Origin: Betaproteobacteria bacterium HGW-Betaproteobacteria-9
GTDB taxonomy: Bacteria; Pseudomonadota; Gammaproteobacteria; Burkholderiales; Burkholderiaceae_C
NCBI GenBank assembly: GCA_002842215.1
Contig: PHCC01000007.1
Span: forward strand, 103,113-167,112
Direction: 5' to 3'
DNA length: 64,000 nt
A program made the translations under genes and the position numbers. Positions 1 through 9,221 of this stretch are shown piece after piece (position 1 is the first letter of the stretch; every line of letters begins with the position of its first letter). A model generated the notes under the pieces. It was not told where the DNA came from. It was given only the letters and a program-made list of their open reading frames with translations, and did not search any database.

Positions 1-171
1 CGCGCGCTGCGAGTCGGTTTTCCAGCGCTCGAAATGAACGCCGTGCTCGGGCACGAGGGCGCGGTTGTTGTACTGGCTGTCGAGCCAGGCGGGGTCTGGG
101 CGGGTGGCGTTTTTCATGGTCGCGCATTGTGTCACGCAGGGGTGACCGTGACAGCCACGACCAAATCGTGT

Positions 172-187
172 ATTCTGAATTCAGAAT
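172..187. promoter_or_regulatory. Perfect 16-bp palindrome, probable GntR operator
   Basis: ATTCTGAATTCAGAAT, 12 bp upstream of the GntR start. Confidence 0.6.
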
Positions 188-199
188 TCAAAAACAACC

Positions 200-904
200 A
201 TGACCGCCCAACTCCTCCAGATCGAAACCACGCCCGACCTGACCGATCAGGTCTACCGCGCCCTGCTCGACGCCATCAGCGACGGCTCGCTGGCGCCCGG
301 TCAGCGCATCACCCAGGAAGAGCTGGCCGAACAGCTCGCGGTGTCACGCCAGCCGGTCGTGCAGGCCTTGCGTCTGCTGAAAAAAGAGGGCTTTGTGCAC
401 GATGCGCCCATGGCCAGCGGCCCGGGCGGACGCAGCCGCGGTCTGCTGGTGGCGCCACTGGACGCCGACTGGATCGCCCAGGTTTACGAAGTGCGCGGCG
501 CGCTGGATGTGCTGGCTGCGCGACGGGCCGCGGAGCGGCGCACCCGCATCGACCCGGCCGTGCTGGAGCGCGGCCGCGAAGCCGTGCGGCGTGCCGACAT
601 CCAGGCCATGATCGACGCCGACCTGGCCTTCCACCGGGCGCTCTACCAGGCCGCCGGCAACCCGCTGATCGAACAGAGCGCACTGCTGCACTGGCACCAC
701 ATCCGCCGCGCCATGGGCGTCACGCTGCAGACCTCCAGCCTGCGTGAGCCGGTGTGGGACGAACACGAAGCCATCGCCCACGCCGTCGCGGCCGGCGATG
801 CCGTGCTGGCCGAAGCCCTGATGCGCCAGCACTGCGGCTTGGCCAGCCGCAACCTGGGCCAACACATCAGCCGCACAGCACCTGCCATGGCGACAGCCAC
901 CTAG
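200..904 (+). CDS. GntR/FadR family transcriptional regulator
   Basis: N-terminal wHTH (LAPGQRITQEELAEQLAVSRQPV), FCD-like C-terminus (DLAFHRAL, WDEHEAI). Confidence 0.92.
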   Translation: MTAQLLQIETTPDLTDQVYRALLDAISDGSLAPGQRITQEELAEQLAVSRQPVVQALRLLKKEGFVHDAPMASGPGGRSRGLLVAPLDADWIAQVYEVRGALDVLAARRAAERRTRIDPAVLERGREAVRRADIQAMIDADLAFHRALYQAAGNPLIEQSALLHWHHIRRAMGVTLQTSSLREPVWDEHEAIAHAVAAGDAVLAEALMRQHCGLASRNLGQHISRTAPAMATAT

Positions 905-1036
905 AACAACTCCATGGTTCTTCTGAACCATTTGCAGCGGTTTTCAGGCCCGTCCTGAAAACCGCTTTTTTTTTTAGGCGGCAGACCGCCAACCCCTACA
1001 ATTTTTTCCATCGCCTTCACAGAAAACACAAAGAGC

Positions 1037-1945
1037 ATGCCCAGCACCCCACCCCAAACCACTGCCGTCATCCCGCTGTCCATTGCCGTGCTGGGTATCG
1101 GCCTGATGGGCTACCCCATGGCGCGCCGGCTGTGCGAGGCGGGTCACCAGGTGACGGCCTGGAACCGCTCTCGGGCCAAGGCCGAACGCCTGCAGCCGTT
1201 CGGAGGCCGGGTGGCCGACACACCGGCCCAGGCCGTGGCGCAGGCCGACATCGTGATCACCCTGCTGGAAAACGGCGATGTGGTGGAAGACGTGCTGTTC
1301 CGCCAGGGCGCGGCCACCGCCCTGCGCCCGGGCACGCTGGTGGTGGACATGTCGTCCATCCTGCCGCGCCAGGCCCGCGATCACGCCGCGCGGCTGGCGG
1401 CGCTGGGTGTGATGCACCTCGACGCGCCGGTGTCGGGCGGCACGGTGGGCGCCGAGGCCGGCAGCCTGGCGATCATGGCGGGCGGCGAGGTGGCCGATTT
1501 CGAGCGCGCTGCCGAGGTGTTCAGCGCCCTGGGGCGTGCCACCCATGTGGGTCCACACGGCGCGGGCCAGCTCGCCAAGCTGGCCAACCAGATGATCGTC
1601 GGCATCACCATCGGCGCGGTGGCCGAGGCGCTGCTGCTGTGCGAGAAGGGCGGCGCCGACATGGCCAAGGTGCGCCAGGCGATCAGCGGCGGTTTTGCCG
1701 ACAGCCGCATCCTGCAGGTGCATGGCCAGCGCATGGTCGAGCGCGACTTCGCCAAACGCGCGGCCATCACCGTGCAGCTCAAGGACATGCGCAACGCCCT
1801 GTCCACCGCCAGCGAGCTGGGTTTTGAGGCGCCGATCACCGGCCTCTTCGAGCAGCTCTTCGCTCAGGCCGCCGACCACGGCCTGGCGGATCAGGACCAT
1901 TCCGCCCTGTTCGTTGAGCTCGCGCAGCGCAACGGCATGACCTGA
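1037..1945 (+). CDS. NAD(P)-dependent beta-hydroxyacid dehydrogenase (3-hydroxyisobutyrate/tartronate semialdehyde reductase family)
   Basis: GIGLMG Rossmann motif, DAPVSGG, KLANQ catalytic Lys motif. Confidence 0.92.
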   Translation: MPSTPPQTTAVIPLSIAVLGIGLMGYPMARRLCEAGHQVTAWNRSRAKAERLQPFGGRVADTPAQAVAQADIVITLLENGDVVEDVLFRQGAATALRPGTLVVDMSSILPRQARDHAARLAALGVMHLDAPVSGGTVGAEAGSLAIMAGGEVADFERAAEVFSALGRATHVGPHGAGQLAKLANQMIVGITIGAVAEALLLCEKGGADMAKVRQAISGGFADSRILQVHGQRMVERDFAKRAAITVQLKDMRNALSTASELGFEAPITGLFEQLFAQAADHGLADQDHSALFVELAQRNGMT

Positions 1946-2059
1946 GCGCCTTTCGCTCAGCCTCTGAAACAAACAGCGGGGTTTTGCCCCCGCTTATGTG
2001 GCGATTGGCCAGGACGGCCACGGGAACAATCGGGAGACAACCACCCAGCGAGTCCCAGC

Positions 2060-2884
2060 TTGAACCCGTCCACCCTCATCGGCATGATCGCCAGCGTGCT
2101 GCTCATGGCCGTCATCGTGCTGTTTGCCGCTGACAACCCCTGGGTGTTCATCGACGGTCCGAGCATCGCCATCGTGCTGGGCGGCACGCTGGCCGCCACC
2201 TTCCTGAGCTATCCGCTGCGCGAGGTGCTGCGGGTGTTCCACCTGGTCGGCCAGGTGATGCGCCAGGAACGGCTTGATACCCGTGGCGACATTGAAGAAC
2301 TCGTGGCCATCTCGCGCCTCTGGATCCAGGGCGACCTCGCCGCCGTCGAGCGGGCGCTGCTGAAGGTCAACAACCCCTTCCTGCGCACCGGTGTGCAGCT
2401 CATCATCGACCGCACGCCGGAAGACGAGATCGTGGACATGCTGCAGTGGCGCATTGCGCGCCTGCGCTCGCGCGAAACCGCCGAGGCCCAGCTCTTCCGC
2501 GTCATGGCCGGCTACGCGCCCGCCTTCGGCATGGTCGGCACCCTGCTCGGCCTGGTGAACCTGATGGACCTGCTGGGCGACGGCAACATGGGCGTCATCG
2601 GCAGCCAGCTCGCCATCGCGCTGATCACCACCTTCTACGGTGTGCTGCTCGCCAACCTGCTGTTCAAGCCCATCGCCGTCAAGCTGGAGCGTCGCACCGA
2701 ACAGCGCCTGGTGCTCATGAACATGGTGCTGGAAGGGATTTCCATGATGTGCGCCGGCCGCAGTCCGTCCATGATGCGAGAGACCCTCAAGGCCTTTGTC
2801 GCCCAGTACGACGACGAAATCTACGACGGCGGCGGTCCCCAAGGGCCCGCCACAGGAGCAAGGACATCCCATGTCAAGCGGTGA
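2060..2884 (+). CDS. motA: MotA/PomA-like stator A subunit
   Basis: IDGPSIAIVLGGT, PFLRTGVQLIID, APAFGMVGTLLGLV, ALITTFYG. Confidence 0.8.
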   Translation: MNPSTLIGMIASVLLMAVIVLFAADNPWVFIDGPSIAIVLGGTLAATFLSYPLREVLRVFHLVGQVMRQERLDTRGDIEELVAISRLWIQGDLAAVERALLKVNNPFLRTGVQLIIDRTPEDEIVDMLQWRIARLRSRETAEAQLFRVMAGYAPAFGMVGTLLGLVNLMDLLGDGNMGVIGSQLAIALITTFYGVLLANLLFKPIAVKLERRTEQRLVLMNMVLEGISMMCAGRSPSMMRETLKAFVAQYDDEIYDGGGPQGPATGARTSHVKR

Positions 2885-3707
2885 ATCGTCCCAGTTCATG
2901 ACCCTCGGCGAGTTGCCCCGCATGGCCTTGCCCGACAGTTCGTCGGCTCTCGCCCGCAAGCCCAGGGCATCCGGTCGCGGTTATGGCCGCTGGCACCTCG
3001 ACACCAAGGTTGAAACCGAAGAAGAAGGCTGGTTGCTGACCTACCTCGACGTCATCACGCTCATGCTGGTCATGATGGTGGTGATGCTCTCCTTCGCCGG
3101 ACCGCCCGGCGGCACCAAAGCCCCGGACCAGCACGTGGCCAACAGCCCGACCGCAGAACCCGCCCAGGCCGCTGCCGGCAACACCATCGTGCCGCCGGTA
3201 CCGCTCCCCATCCCCCTGCCCCATTCCAGCAACCCGACAGGCAACGGCAGCGGCCAGCCCGAGAACCCGGTGGCCCAACTGAAGCTGGACACCCTGGGCA
3301 GCAACATCCAGGTGGTGAACATCGACGATGTGATCCGTTTTCGCATCAGCAGCGAACTGCTGTTTGCCTCGGCCTCTGCCGCGCTGAACCCGGCCGCGCA
3401 CCCGGTGCTGGACGAACTCGTGGCCGTGTTCAAGGCCCAGCCCGACATGCGGCTGGTGGTCGAGGGCCACACCGACAGCAGCCCCATCAGTTCCGAGCGT
3501 TTCCCCTCGAACTGGGAACTCTCCAGTGCACGGGCCGCCGCCGTCGCGCGTTACCTGATCGAACAAGGCGTGGCACCGCAACGCCTGCAGGCCAGCGGCT
3601 ACGCGGACACACGCCCGATGGCCGCCCCGTGGAACCCGGTCGACCGCGCCGCCAACCGCCGCGTCGAACTCACCATGGAAACACCCAAGGCACAGTCCCC
3701 CACCTGA
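2871..3707 (+). CDS. motB: MotB/PomB-like stator B subunit with OmpA-like peptidoglycan-binding domain
   Basis: WLLTYLDVITLML TM with conserved Asp; EGHTD, NWELSSARA, NRRVE; ATG 2871 after AGGA, overlapping motA end. Confidence 0.8.
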   Translation: MSSGESSQFMTLGELPRMALPDSSSALARKPRASGRGYGRWHLDTKVETEEEGWLLTYLDVITLMLVMMVVMLSFAGPPGGTKAPDQHVANSPTAEPAQAAAGNTIVPPVPLPIPLPHSSNPTGNGSGQPENPVAQLKLDTLGSNIQVVNIDDVIRFRISSELLFASASAALNPAAHPVLDELVAVFKAQPDMRLVVEGHTDSSPISSERFPSNWELSSARAAAVARYLIEQGVAPQRLQASGYADTRPMAAPWNPVDRAANRRVELTMETPKAQSPT

Positions 3708-3756
3708 GCGCGAGGTTGGGCGGGGCGCACGGTACTTTGATAACATCGAGCCAAGT

Positions 3757-3832
<76 letters not shown>

Positions 3833-3833
3833 T

Positions 3834-3857
3834 CAGCGCCACCTGGCGCTGTTCTTC
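3834..3857 (+). terminator. Hairpin directly after tRNA
   Basis: CAGCGCC-ACCT-GGCGCTG followed by TTCTTC. Confidence 0.55.
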
Positions 3858-3925
3858 AAGCCCATCGGAGCCAGCAGACGGCACCACCCTGTGGGCAGCC
3901 CTCCGACCAATCACCCCGCACGCTC

Positions 3926-4291
3926 ATGACCCGCAAGGCCGGCACCCCTGTACCCGAACTCTGGCGCTGCGACGCCGGCAGCACGTCGGTGGCGGTGCTC
4001 CACATTCCGGGCGCATTGGACCGGCGCCGGACCTTTGACATCGACGTGAGCCTCATCGTGCGCGTGCCCACCGGTTCTGACGAACCCTGGCACGAGCTCG
4101 CGGTGGAACTCGACGGCCGACAGCAATGGCGCCGTCGCATTCCCAGCCACAGTCCTGGCCAGACCGACGGGCTGGACTACCACTGCCGGATTCAGCTGGA
4201 AACGGGTCGCGCACTGCGCATCCGCGCGACCGCGGGCGTCGGCGGCTCGCGCGTGCAGCAACTCTGCATCGAGGCCCGGGAAGAGTTCTAG
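3926..4291 (+). CDS. Hypothetical protein (~121 aa)
   Basis: ATG 3926 inside ORF 3794-4291; host-like codon usage; no recognisable motif. Confidence 0.6.
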   Translation: MTRKAGTPVPELWRCDAGSTSVAVLHIPGALDRRRTFDIDVSLIVRVPTGSDEPWHELAVELDGRQQWRRRIPSHSPGQTDGLDYHCRIQLETGRALRIRATAGVGGSRVQQLCIEAREEF

Positions 4292-5100
4292 AGCGCGGCT
4301 TTGCCCAGCACCACGTCGATGCGGCGCTGGATGCGCGCCACCTCATCGGCATCACCCGCGGCCTGTGCGCGCTGCAACTGCACCTGGAGCCAGGCCAGCA
4401 GCGGGCGGCGCCAGCCGCGGGCGGACGCGGTGTCGACAACCTGCGTGATCGTGCCAGGCGTGGCCAGGCCGCGCCTGAACAGCACGCCAGCGGCCACCAG
4501 GCGGGACATCGGGTCAGCAATGCCAGCGAGCGCTGCGTCAGGCGCAGCGCTCGCGCCCACGAGACCCCGGTGGGCCTCGGGCAACAGCGGTGCATCGGCC
4601 GCCTGAGCGGCGCCCTTCAGGTAACGCGCATAGGCCTGCTCGGCCGGTGCGGCGTCGCTCGCGAGCGCGTCGAAGGCGCTGCAGGGCTCAAAGTCGAGCG
4701 CCGCCGCCCGCGCGGCACAACGCAGCAACTCGACGCGCGCCAGCAGATCCGGCCGCGCCGTGCGCGACACCTCGGCGCGCGCTCGGGCAAACTCCGCCGT
4801 CTCCACCCGGTTGTCGCCACTGAGCCAGGCCTCCGCCGCCCGGTCCGCGCTGCCCTTGGCATTCATCTGCCACTCGGGCGCTGGCGGGTTGTTGCCACAG
4901 GCGGCCAGCGCCAACACCGAGGCAGCAACGAAACAGCGAGCGATCCGTCGCCACAGGAGTGCGCCCAAGGATTCAACCGGTGAGAAGTGCCTAAACCCAG
5001 AAACACCGCGGAACTGGCTTTGCCAGGCCGCAGGCGTTGCCCCCTTGAGGGGGGATGCGGCTACGCATAGCGAGCAAGCAACGGGGGTGTCTCGTGTCAT
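4288..5100 (-). CDS. Putative lipoprotein co-transcribed with mlaD-like gene (start uncertain: ATG 5100 or TTG 4968)
   Basis: Lipobox LALAAC then GNNPPAPEWQ; ATG 5100 overlaps the mlaD stop. Confidence 0.7.
   Translation of the reverse strand: MTRDTPVACSLCVAASPLKGATPAAWQSQFRGVSGFRHFSPVESLGALLWRRIARCFVAASVLALAACGNNPPAPEWQMNAKGSADRAAEAWLSGDNRVETAEFARARAEVSRTARPDLLARVELLRCAARAAALDFEPCSAFDALASDAAPAEQAYARYLKGAAQAADAPLLPEAHRGLVGASAAPDAALAGIADPMSRLVAAGVLFRRGLATPGTITQVVDTASARGWRRPLLAWLQVQLQRAQAAGDADEVARIQRRIDVVLGKAAL
4996..5092 (-). repeat. Dispersed multi-hairpin repeat, copy 1
   Basis: 29-bp exact match ACACCGCGGAACTGGCTTTGCCAGGCCGC (5003-5031) to 42354-42382; CCCCTTGAGGGG hairpin. Confidence 0.85.
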
Positions 5101-6125
5101 GGCAGCTTGATCTCCGTCTCACGCGCAAACGGCCACTTGCGGTTCAGGTCGTTGATGAGCGCGTCCACCTTGCGCAGGCTGGCATCCACATCGCTGCGCA
5201 GCGCGCCCAGATCGGCGGTCGCTTCGCGTGTGTTGCTGGCGATGCCTTGTGCATCCACCAGCAAGTTGTCCAGCTTGGTCAGACTGCCGCGGGCTTCGCC
5301 GAGCAGGCCATTAAGTTGCTGCACGGTGGCGCGGGCGTCGCCCACCAGCCCACCACCGGTGGCATTCCCCGAGCCACCCGGGTCCTGCCCGAACACCTGC
5401 CGGTCGGCATTGACCACCAGCGAATCCAGCCGCTTGACCAGGCCATCGGTGCGCGCCAGCACGGCGTTGGCGTTGCCCAGCGTCTTCGCCAGCTGTTTCG
5501 CATCGTCGTCGTTGCCCAGCAGCAGACCCATCGCCCCCTGCGGCCCCTTGAGGCGATCGGTGGCCAACTGGATGTTGGCCAGCGACTGCTGCAGCGGCGC
5601 GTCCTCCTTGGTCATGTTGTTGAGGTTGTCGAGCAGGTCGCGCACCTGGGCCACCAGTTTCGGGATCTCGGCTGCCGCGTCGCCGCGCAAGACCTGCCGC
5701 ACCGCGCCGTCTTCCAGCGGCGGGTCGCTCAGCACACCGCTGTAGGCGCGAATCCTGGTACCGCCCACCAGCGCCTTTTCCATGGTGAAGATGCTGGAAC
5801 TGCGCAGCCACTTGGCGTCTTTGGTGGGCACGTCCACCAGGATGCGCACATTGCCATCCTCGGCCAGCTCCAGTTGCGCCACCTTGCCGATAGCAAAGCC
5901 CGCAAACGTCATGTCCATGCCGGCGACGACGCCCTCGGAGTCGTCCGACATCAGCACCAGGCGCTGCGTGCGCTCGAAGGCACCGCGCGCGTACATCACG
6001 TACAGCGCCGAGCCCACGATCAGCGCCAGCAACAGCAGCAGCAGGAGCGCAGCCTTGATCTCCAGATTGTTCACCGGGGGCACGGGATCGGGCACAGGGC
6101 CCAGAGGCGGATTCGTTGGGGTCAT
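5097..6125 (-). CDS. MCE/MlaD family protein
   Basis: N-terminal TM, MCE domain (GMDMTFAGFAIGKV), long helical C-terminus. Confidence 0.88.
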   Translation of the reverse strand: MTPTNPPLGPVPDPVPPVNNLEIKAALLLLLLLALIVGSALYVMYARGAFERTQRLVLMSDDSEGVVAGMDMTFAGFAIGKVAQLELAEDGNVRILVDVPTKDAKWLRSSSIFTMEKALVGGTRIRAYSGVLSDPPLEDGAVRQVLRGDAAAEIPKLVAQVRDLLDNLNNMTKEDAPLQQSLANIQLATDRLKGPQGAMGLLLGNDDDAKQLAKTLGNANAVLARTDGLVKRLDSLVVNADRQVFGQDPGGSGNATGGGLVGDARATVQQLNGLLGEARGSLTKLDNLLVDAQGIASNTREATADLGALRSDVDASLRKVDALINDLNRKWPFARETEIKLP

Positions 6126-6144
6126 GGAGGGTGGGTGTGGGGAT

Positions 6145-6963
6145 TCAATAGTAGTTGCCCATGAGCGACACCACTTCCAGCAAAAGAATCACCGACAGGA
6201 GACGGGCAAATTCGGTGATGTCGCTGCGCCGCGCGTAACCACCGCCGGCGTCGGGCTGGGCGCTCGCGGCCATCGGCACGAAGGCCACCGCCAGGCTGAA
6301 AAACAAGGTCTTGAGGACAAAGATCAACGAGACCGCGGGTGAAAACACACTGCCCACGCTGCGGTTGTAGTCGGCCAGCGCCCAGGGCGAGAAGCCGTAC
6401 ACGTTCAGGTAGGTCAGCACCAGCGCGATGAAGCAGCTCAGCGCGGCCAGCAGCAGCACCGAGAACACACCGGCCAGCGCGCGCGGCAGCATGTCCAGTC
6501 GCAGCAGCTGCTGGCGCGGGCGGCACAGACCGCGGCGGTGTTCGTCGCTCAGCAGGCGGCGGATGCGCTGCGACTCGGGCATGGTGTAACGCACGGCCAC
6601 GAAGAGCGCTGCGTACAGCGGAATGAGTTCCAGCACCAGGGTGCGCACCAGCACCTCCAGCGCGTATTGCGAGAGACCGTAGCTCAGCGCCGTGGCCACC
6701 ACGATGCGGATCAGCACCAGGCTCACCAGCGCCGACAGCACCAGGAACCAGGTCAGGAGTGGTGCGCTGGCGCGGTACAGGTGCGCCATGATCGCGTGGC
6801 GCTCCTCGGGATCGTCGTAGCTGGAGGGCGACAGCGACAGCACCACGATCTCGGCGCCGATCAGCAGCACCTGCCACCAGGCGCCCCAGGCGCCCAGCAC
6901 GCCCCGCCCCCAGCGCAGCAGCGTGTTGTGCATCGAAGCAAGCAGGTTCATGCGGCGGATCAT
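6145..6963 (-). CDS. MlaE-like ABC permease
   Basis: Multiple TMs, LVRTLVLELIPL resembles MlaE signature; adjacent to MCE gene; start approximate. Confidence 0.78.
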   Translation of the reverse strand: MIRRMNLLASMHNTLLRWGRGVLGAWGAWWQVLLIGAEIVVLSLSPSSYDDPEERHAIMAHLYRASAPLLTWFLVLSALVSLVLIRIVVATALSYGLSQYALEVLVRTLVLELIPLYAALFVAVRYTMPESQRIRRLLSDEHRRGLCRPRQQLLRLDMLPRALAGVFSVLLLAALSCFIALVLTYLNVYGFSPWALADYNRSVGSVFSPAVSLIFVLKTLFFSLAVAFVPMAASAQPDAGGGYARRSDITEFARLLSVILLLEVVSLMGNYY

Positions 6964-7097
6964 AGCGGTGCGACGCGAAGGTGACAGCACCAGCCCGGAG
7001 GCTGGTGAAAACGCCCATGGCCGCGCGCGCGGTTTGTGGATTCAATGACCCCCATCGTGCCCCGAAACCGCGGGCGCTGCTGTAACAGGAGGCCTCC

Positions 7098-8657
7098 GTG
7101 ACCCATTCCATCTCCCCTGCCGTGCGCCGCCAGACCATCGCCGACGCCCTGCACCGCACCGCCGTTCGCCTGCCGGGCAAAACCGCCATCGTCTGCGGTG
7201 ACACGCAGTGGACCTATGCCGAGTTCGACGCACTCGTGTCGCGACTGGCCGCCGGCCTGCACCGCATCGGCGTTGGCGAGGGCGACAAAGTGGCCGTGCT
7301 GGCGCGCAATTCGCACGGCTTTGCGGCGCTGCGCTTCGCTCTGGCGCGCCGCGGCGCGGTGCTGGTGCCGATCAACTTCATGCTCAAGGCCGACGAGGTG
7401 GCCTACATCCTGCGCCACGCGGGTGCCCGCACGCTCGCCACCGACAGCGGCCTCGCTGGCCTGGCCCGCGAGGCTTCGGCGCTGGAAACGCAGGTGCAGC
7501 AATTCATCTGGCTGCCCAGCGAAGACCCCAGCGAACCCGCGCCCGGCATGCACCCCTTCGACGACCTCGCCGCCTGCACCGACGTCCTGCCCGCGGTGCA
7601 ACTGGGCAGCTTCGACCTGGCGCAGATCGTCTACACCAGCGGCACCGAGTCCACCCCCAAGGGCGCCATGCTCACGCACGACGCCGTGCTCTGGCAGTAC
7701 GTGAGCTGCGTGATCAACGCCGAGATCGCCGAGGCCGACCGCACCCTGCACGCCCTGCCGCTGTACCACTGCGCGCAGCTCGACGTGTTCTTCGGCCCGG
7801 CCATCTACATCGGCAGCAGCAACGTCATCACCAGCAAGCCCACGCCCGACAACCTGCTCGCGCTGATCGAACGGCACCAGATCACGAGCTTCTTCGCGCC
7901 GCCCACGGTGTGGATCGCGCTGCTGCGTTCGCCGCTGTTCGATGCCAACAAGCTGGGCAGCCTGGTCAAGGGCTACTACGGCGCGTCCATCATGCCGATC
8001 GAAGTGTTGAAGGAGCTGGCGACGCGCCTGCCGGCCGTGCGGCTGTGGAACCTGTACGGCCAGACCGAGATCGCGCCGCTGGCCACCATGCTCGGCCCGG
8101 ACGACCAGTTGCGCAAACCCGGCTCCTGCGGCAAGGCGGTGCTCAACGTCGAAACCCGCGTGGTCAACGACGACATGCAGGACGTGGCCGTGGGCGAGGT
8201 CGGCGAGATCGTGCATCGCTCGTCGCATTTGATGCTGGGCTACTTCAACGACCCCAAGCGCACCGCGGCCAGCTTCGACGGTGACTGGTTCCACAGCGGC
8301 GACCTGGCCATCATCGACAGCGAAGGCTTCATCACCGTGGTGGACCGCAAGAAGGACATGATCAAGACCGGCGGCGAAAACGTGGCCAGCCGCGAGGTGG
8401 AAGAAATGATCTACCGCCTGCCCGCGGTGAGCGAGGTGGCCGTGATCGGCCTGCCCGACCCGAAGTGGGTCGAGGCCGTGACGGCGGTGATCGTGGTCAA
8501 GGCCGGGCAGACGCTGACCGAAGAAGAAGTGACGGCGCACTGCAACCAGCACATGGCGCACTTCAAATGCCCGAAACGCGTGGTGTTCACCGACAGCCTG
8601 CCCAAGAACCCGAGCGGGAAGCTGCTGAAGCGGGAGCTTCGGCGGCAACACGCGTGA
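7098..8657 (+). CDS. Acyl-CoA synthetase / AMP-binding fatty acid-CoA ligase
   Basis: YTSGTESTPKG, YGQTE, FHSGDLA, VDRKKDMIKTGGENV, KNPSGK. Confidence 0.95.
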   Translation: MTHSISPAVRRQTIADALHRTAVRLPGKTAIVCGDTQWTYAEFDALVSRLAAGLHRIGVGEGDKVAVLARNSHGFAALRFALARRGAVLVPINFMLKADEVAYILRHAGARTLATDSGLAGLAREASALETQVQQFIWLPSEDPSEPAPGMHPFDDLAACTDVLPAVQLGSFDLAQIVYTSGTESTPKGAMLTHDAVLWQYVSCVINAEIAEADRTLHALPLYHCAQLDVFFGPAIYIGSSNVITSKPTPDNLLALIERHQITSFFAPPTVWIALLRSPLFDANKLGSLVKGYYGASIMPIEVLKELATRLPAVRLWNLYGQTEIAPLATMLGPDDQLRKPGSCGKAVLNVETRVVNDDMQDVAVGEVGEIVHRSSHLMLGYFNDPKRTAASFDGDWFHSGDLAIIDSEGFITVVDRKKDMIKTGGENVASREVEEMIYRLPAVSEVAVIGLPDPKWVEAVTAVIVVKAGQTLTEEEVTAHCNQHMAHFKCPKRVVFTDSLPKNPSGKLLKRELRRQHA

Positions 8658-8694
8658 AGGCCGGGTGCGCGCGTGCGCACCCGCCACGCACGCC

Positions 8695-9132
8695 CTATTT
8701 CCGCTGCATGCGCTCCAGGTGGTCGATCAGATCGTCGATGCGCCGCTGTGCGGCCCGCTCGGCCTGCTCATCGGTGCCGCCCACCTTTTTCACCCGATCG
8801 AAGTAGACACGGCCCCAGGCGGGCATTTCGCGCGTCCCGTGCGAGCCGATGTCCGCGGTGCCGCGCCCGTCGATCATCGCGGCCACCCGGTCCTTCGGGA
8901 ACACACCGCCATTGCGCTGGGCCAGCCGTGTCAGGTCGCTCGGCCGGGCCACCAGGTGGGGCGCCAGTGGACCGTCACCGCGCCCAGCCTCGCCGTGGCA
9001 GCTGGCGCAGCTGTTCTCGAAGTCCCAGCGGCCGGGATCTCCCGGGCGCTGCGTCGGGGCCTGTGCCTGCGCCGACCCCGCCAGCCACAAAACACCACCC
9101 GCCACCACCCACTTCCATGTCGACGTGCCCAT
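8695..9132 (-). CDS. Monoheme c-type cytochrome
   Basis: Signal peptide, CASCHG heme motif, HGTREMPAWG distal Met. Confidence 0.88.
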   Translation of the reverse strand: MGTSTWKWVVAGGVLWLAGSAQAQAPTQRPGDPGRWDFENSCASCHGEAGRGDGPLAPHLVARPSDLTRLAQRNGGVFPKDRVAAMIDGRGTADIGSHGTREMPAWGRVYFDRVKKVGGTDEQAERAAQRRIDDLIDHLERMQRK

Positions 9133-9221
9133 GCTGTTTTCCTTTGTATTGAAACCTGTTGCGAACGGGAGACACAGTACCACCCATGGTCGCTGCTGCG
9201 GAACAGGTCTCAGGAATCGGC

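Noticed and set aside
2060-3707. motAB-like pair as Zorya ZorAB
   Set aside because: The A subunit is 274 aa with no long cytoplasmic tail, there are no zorC/D/E genes, and codon usage is host-like.
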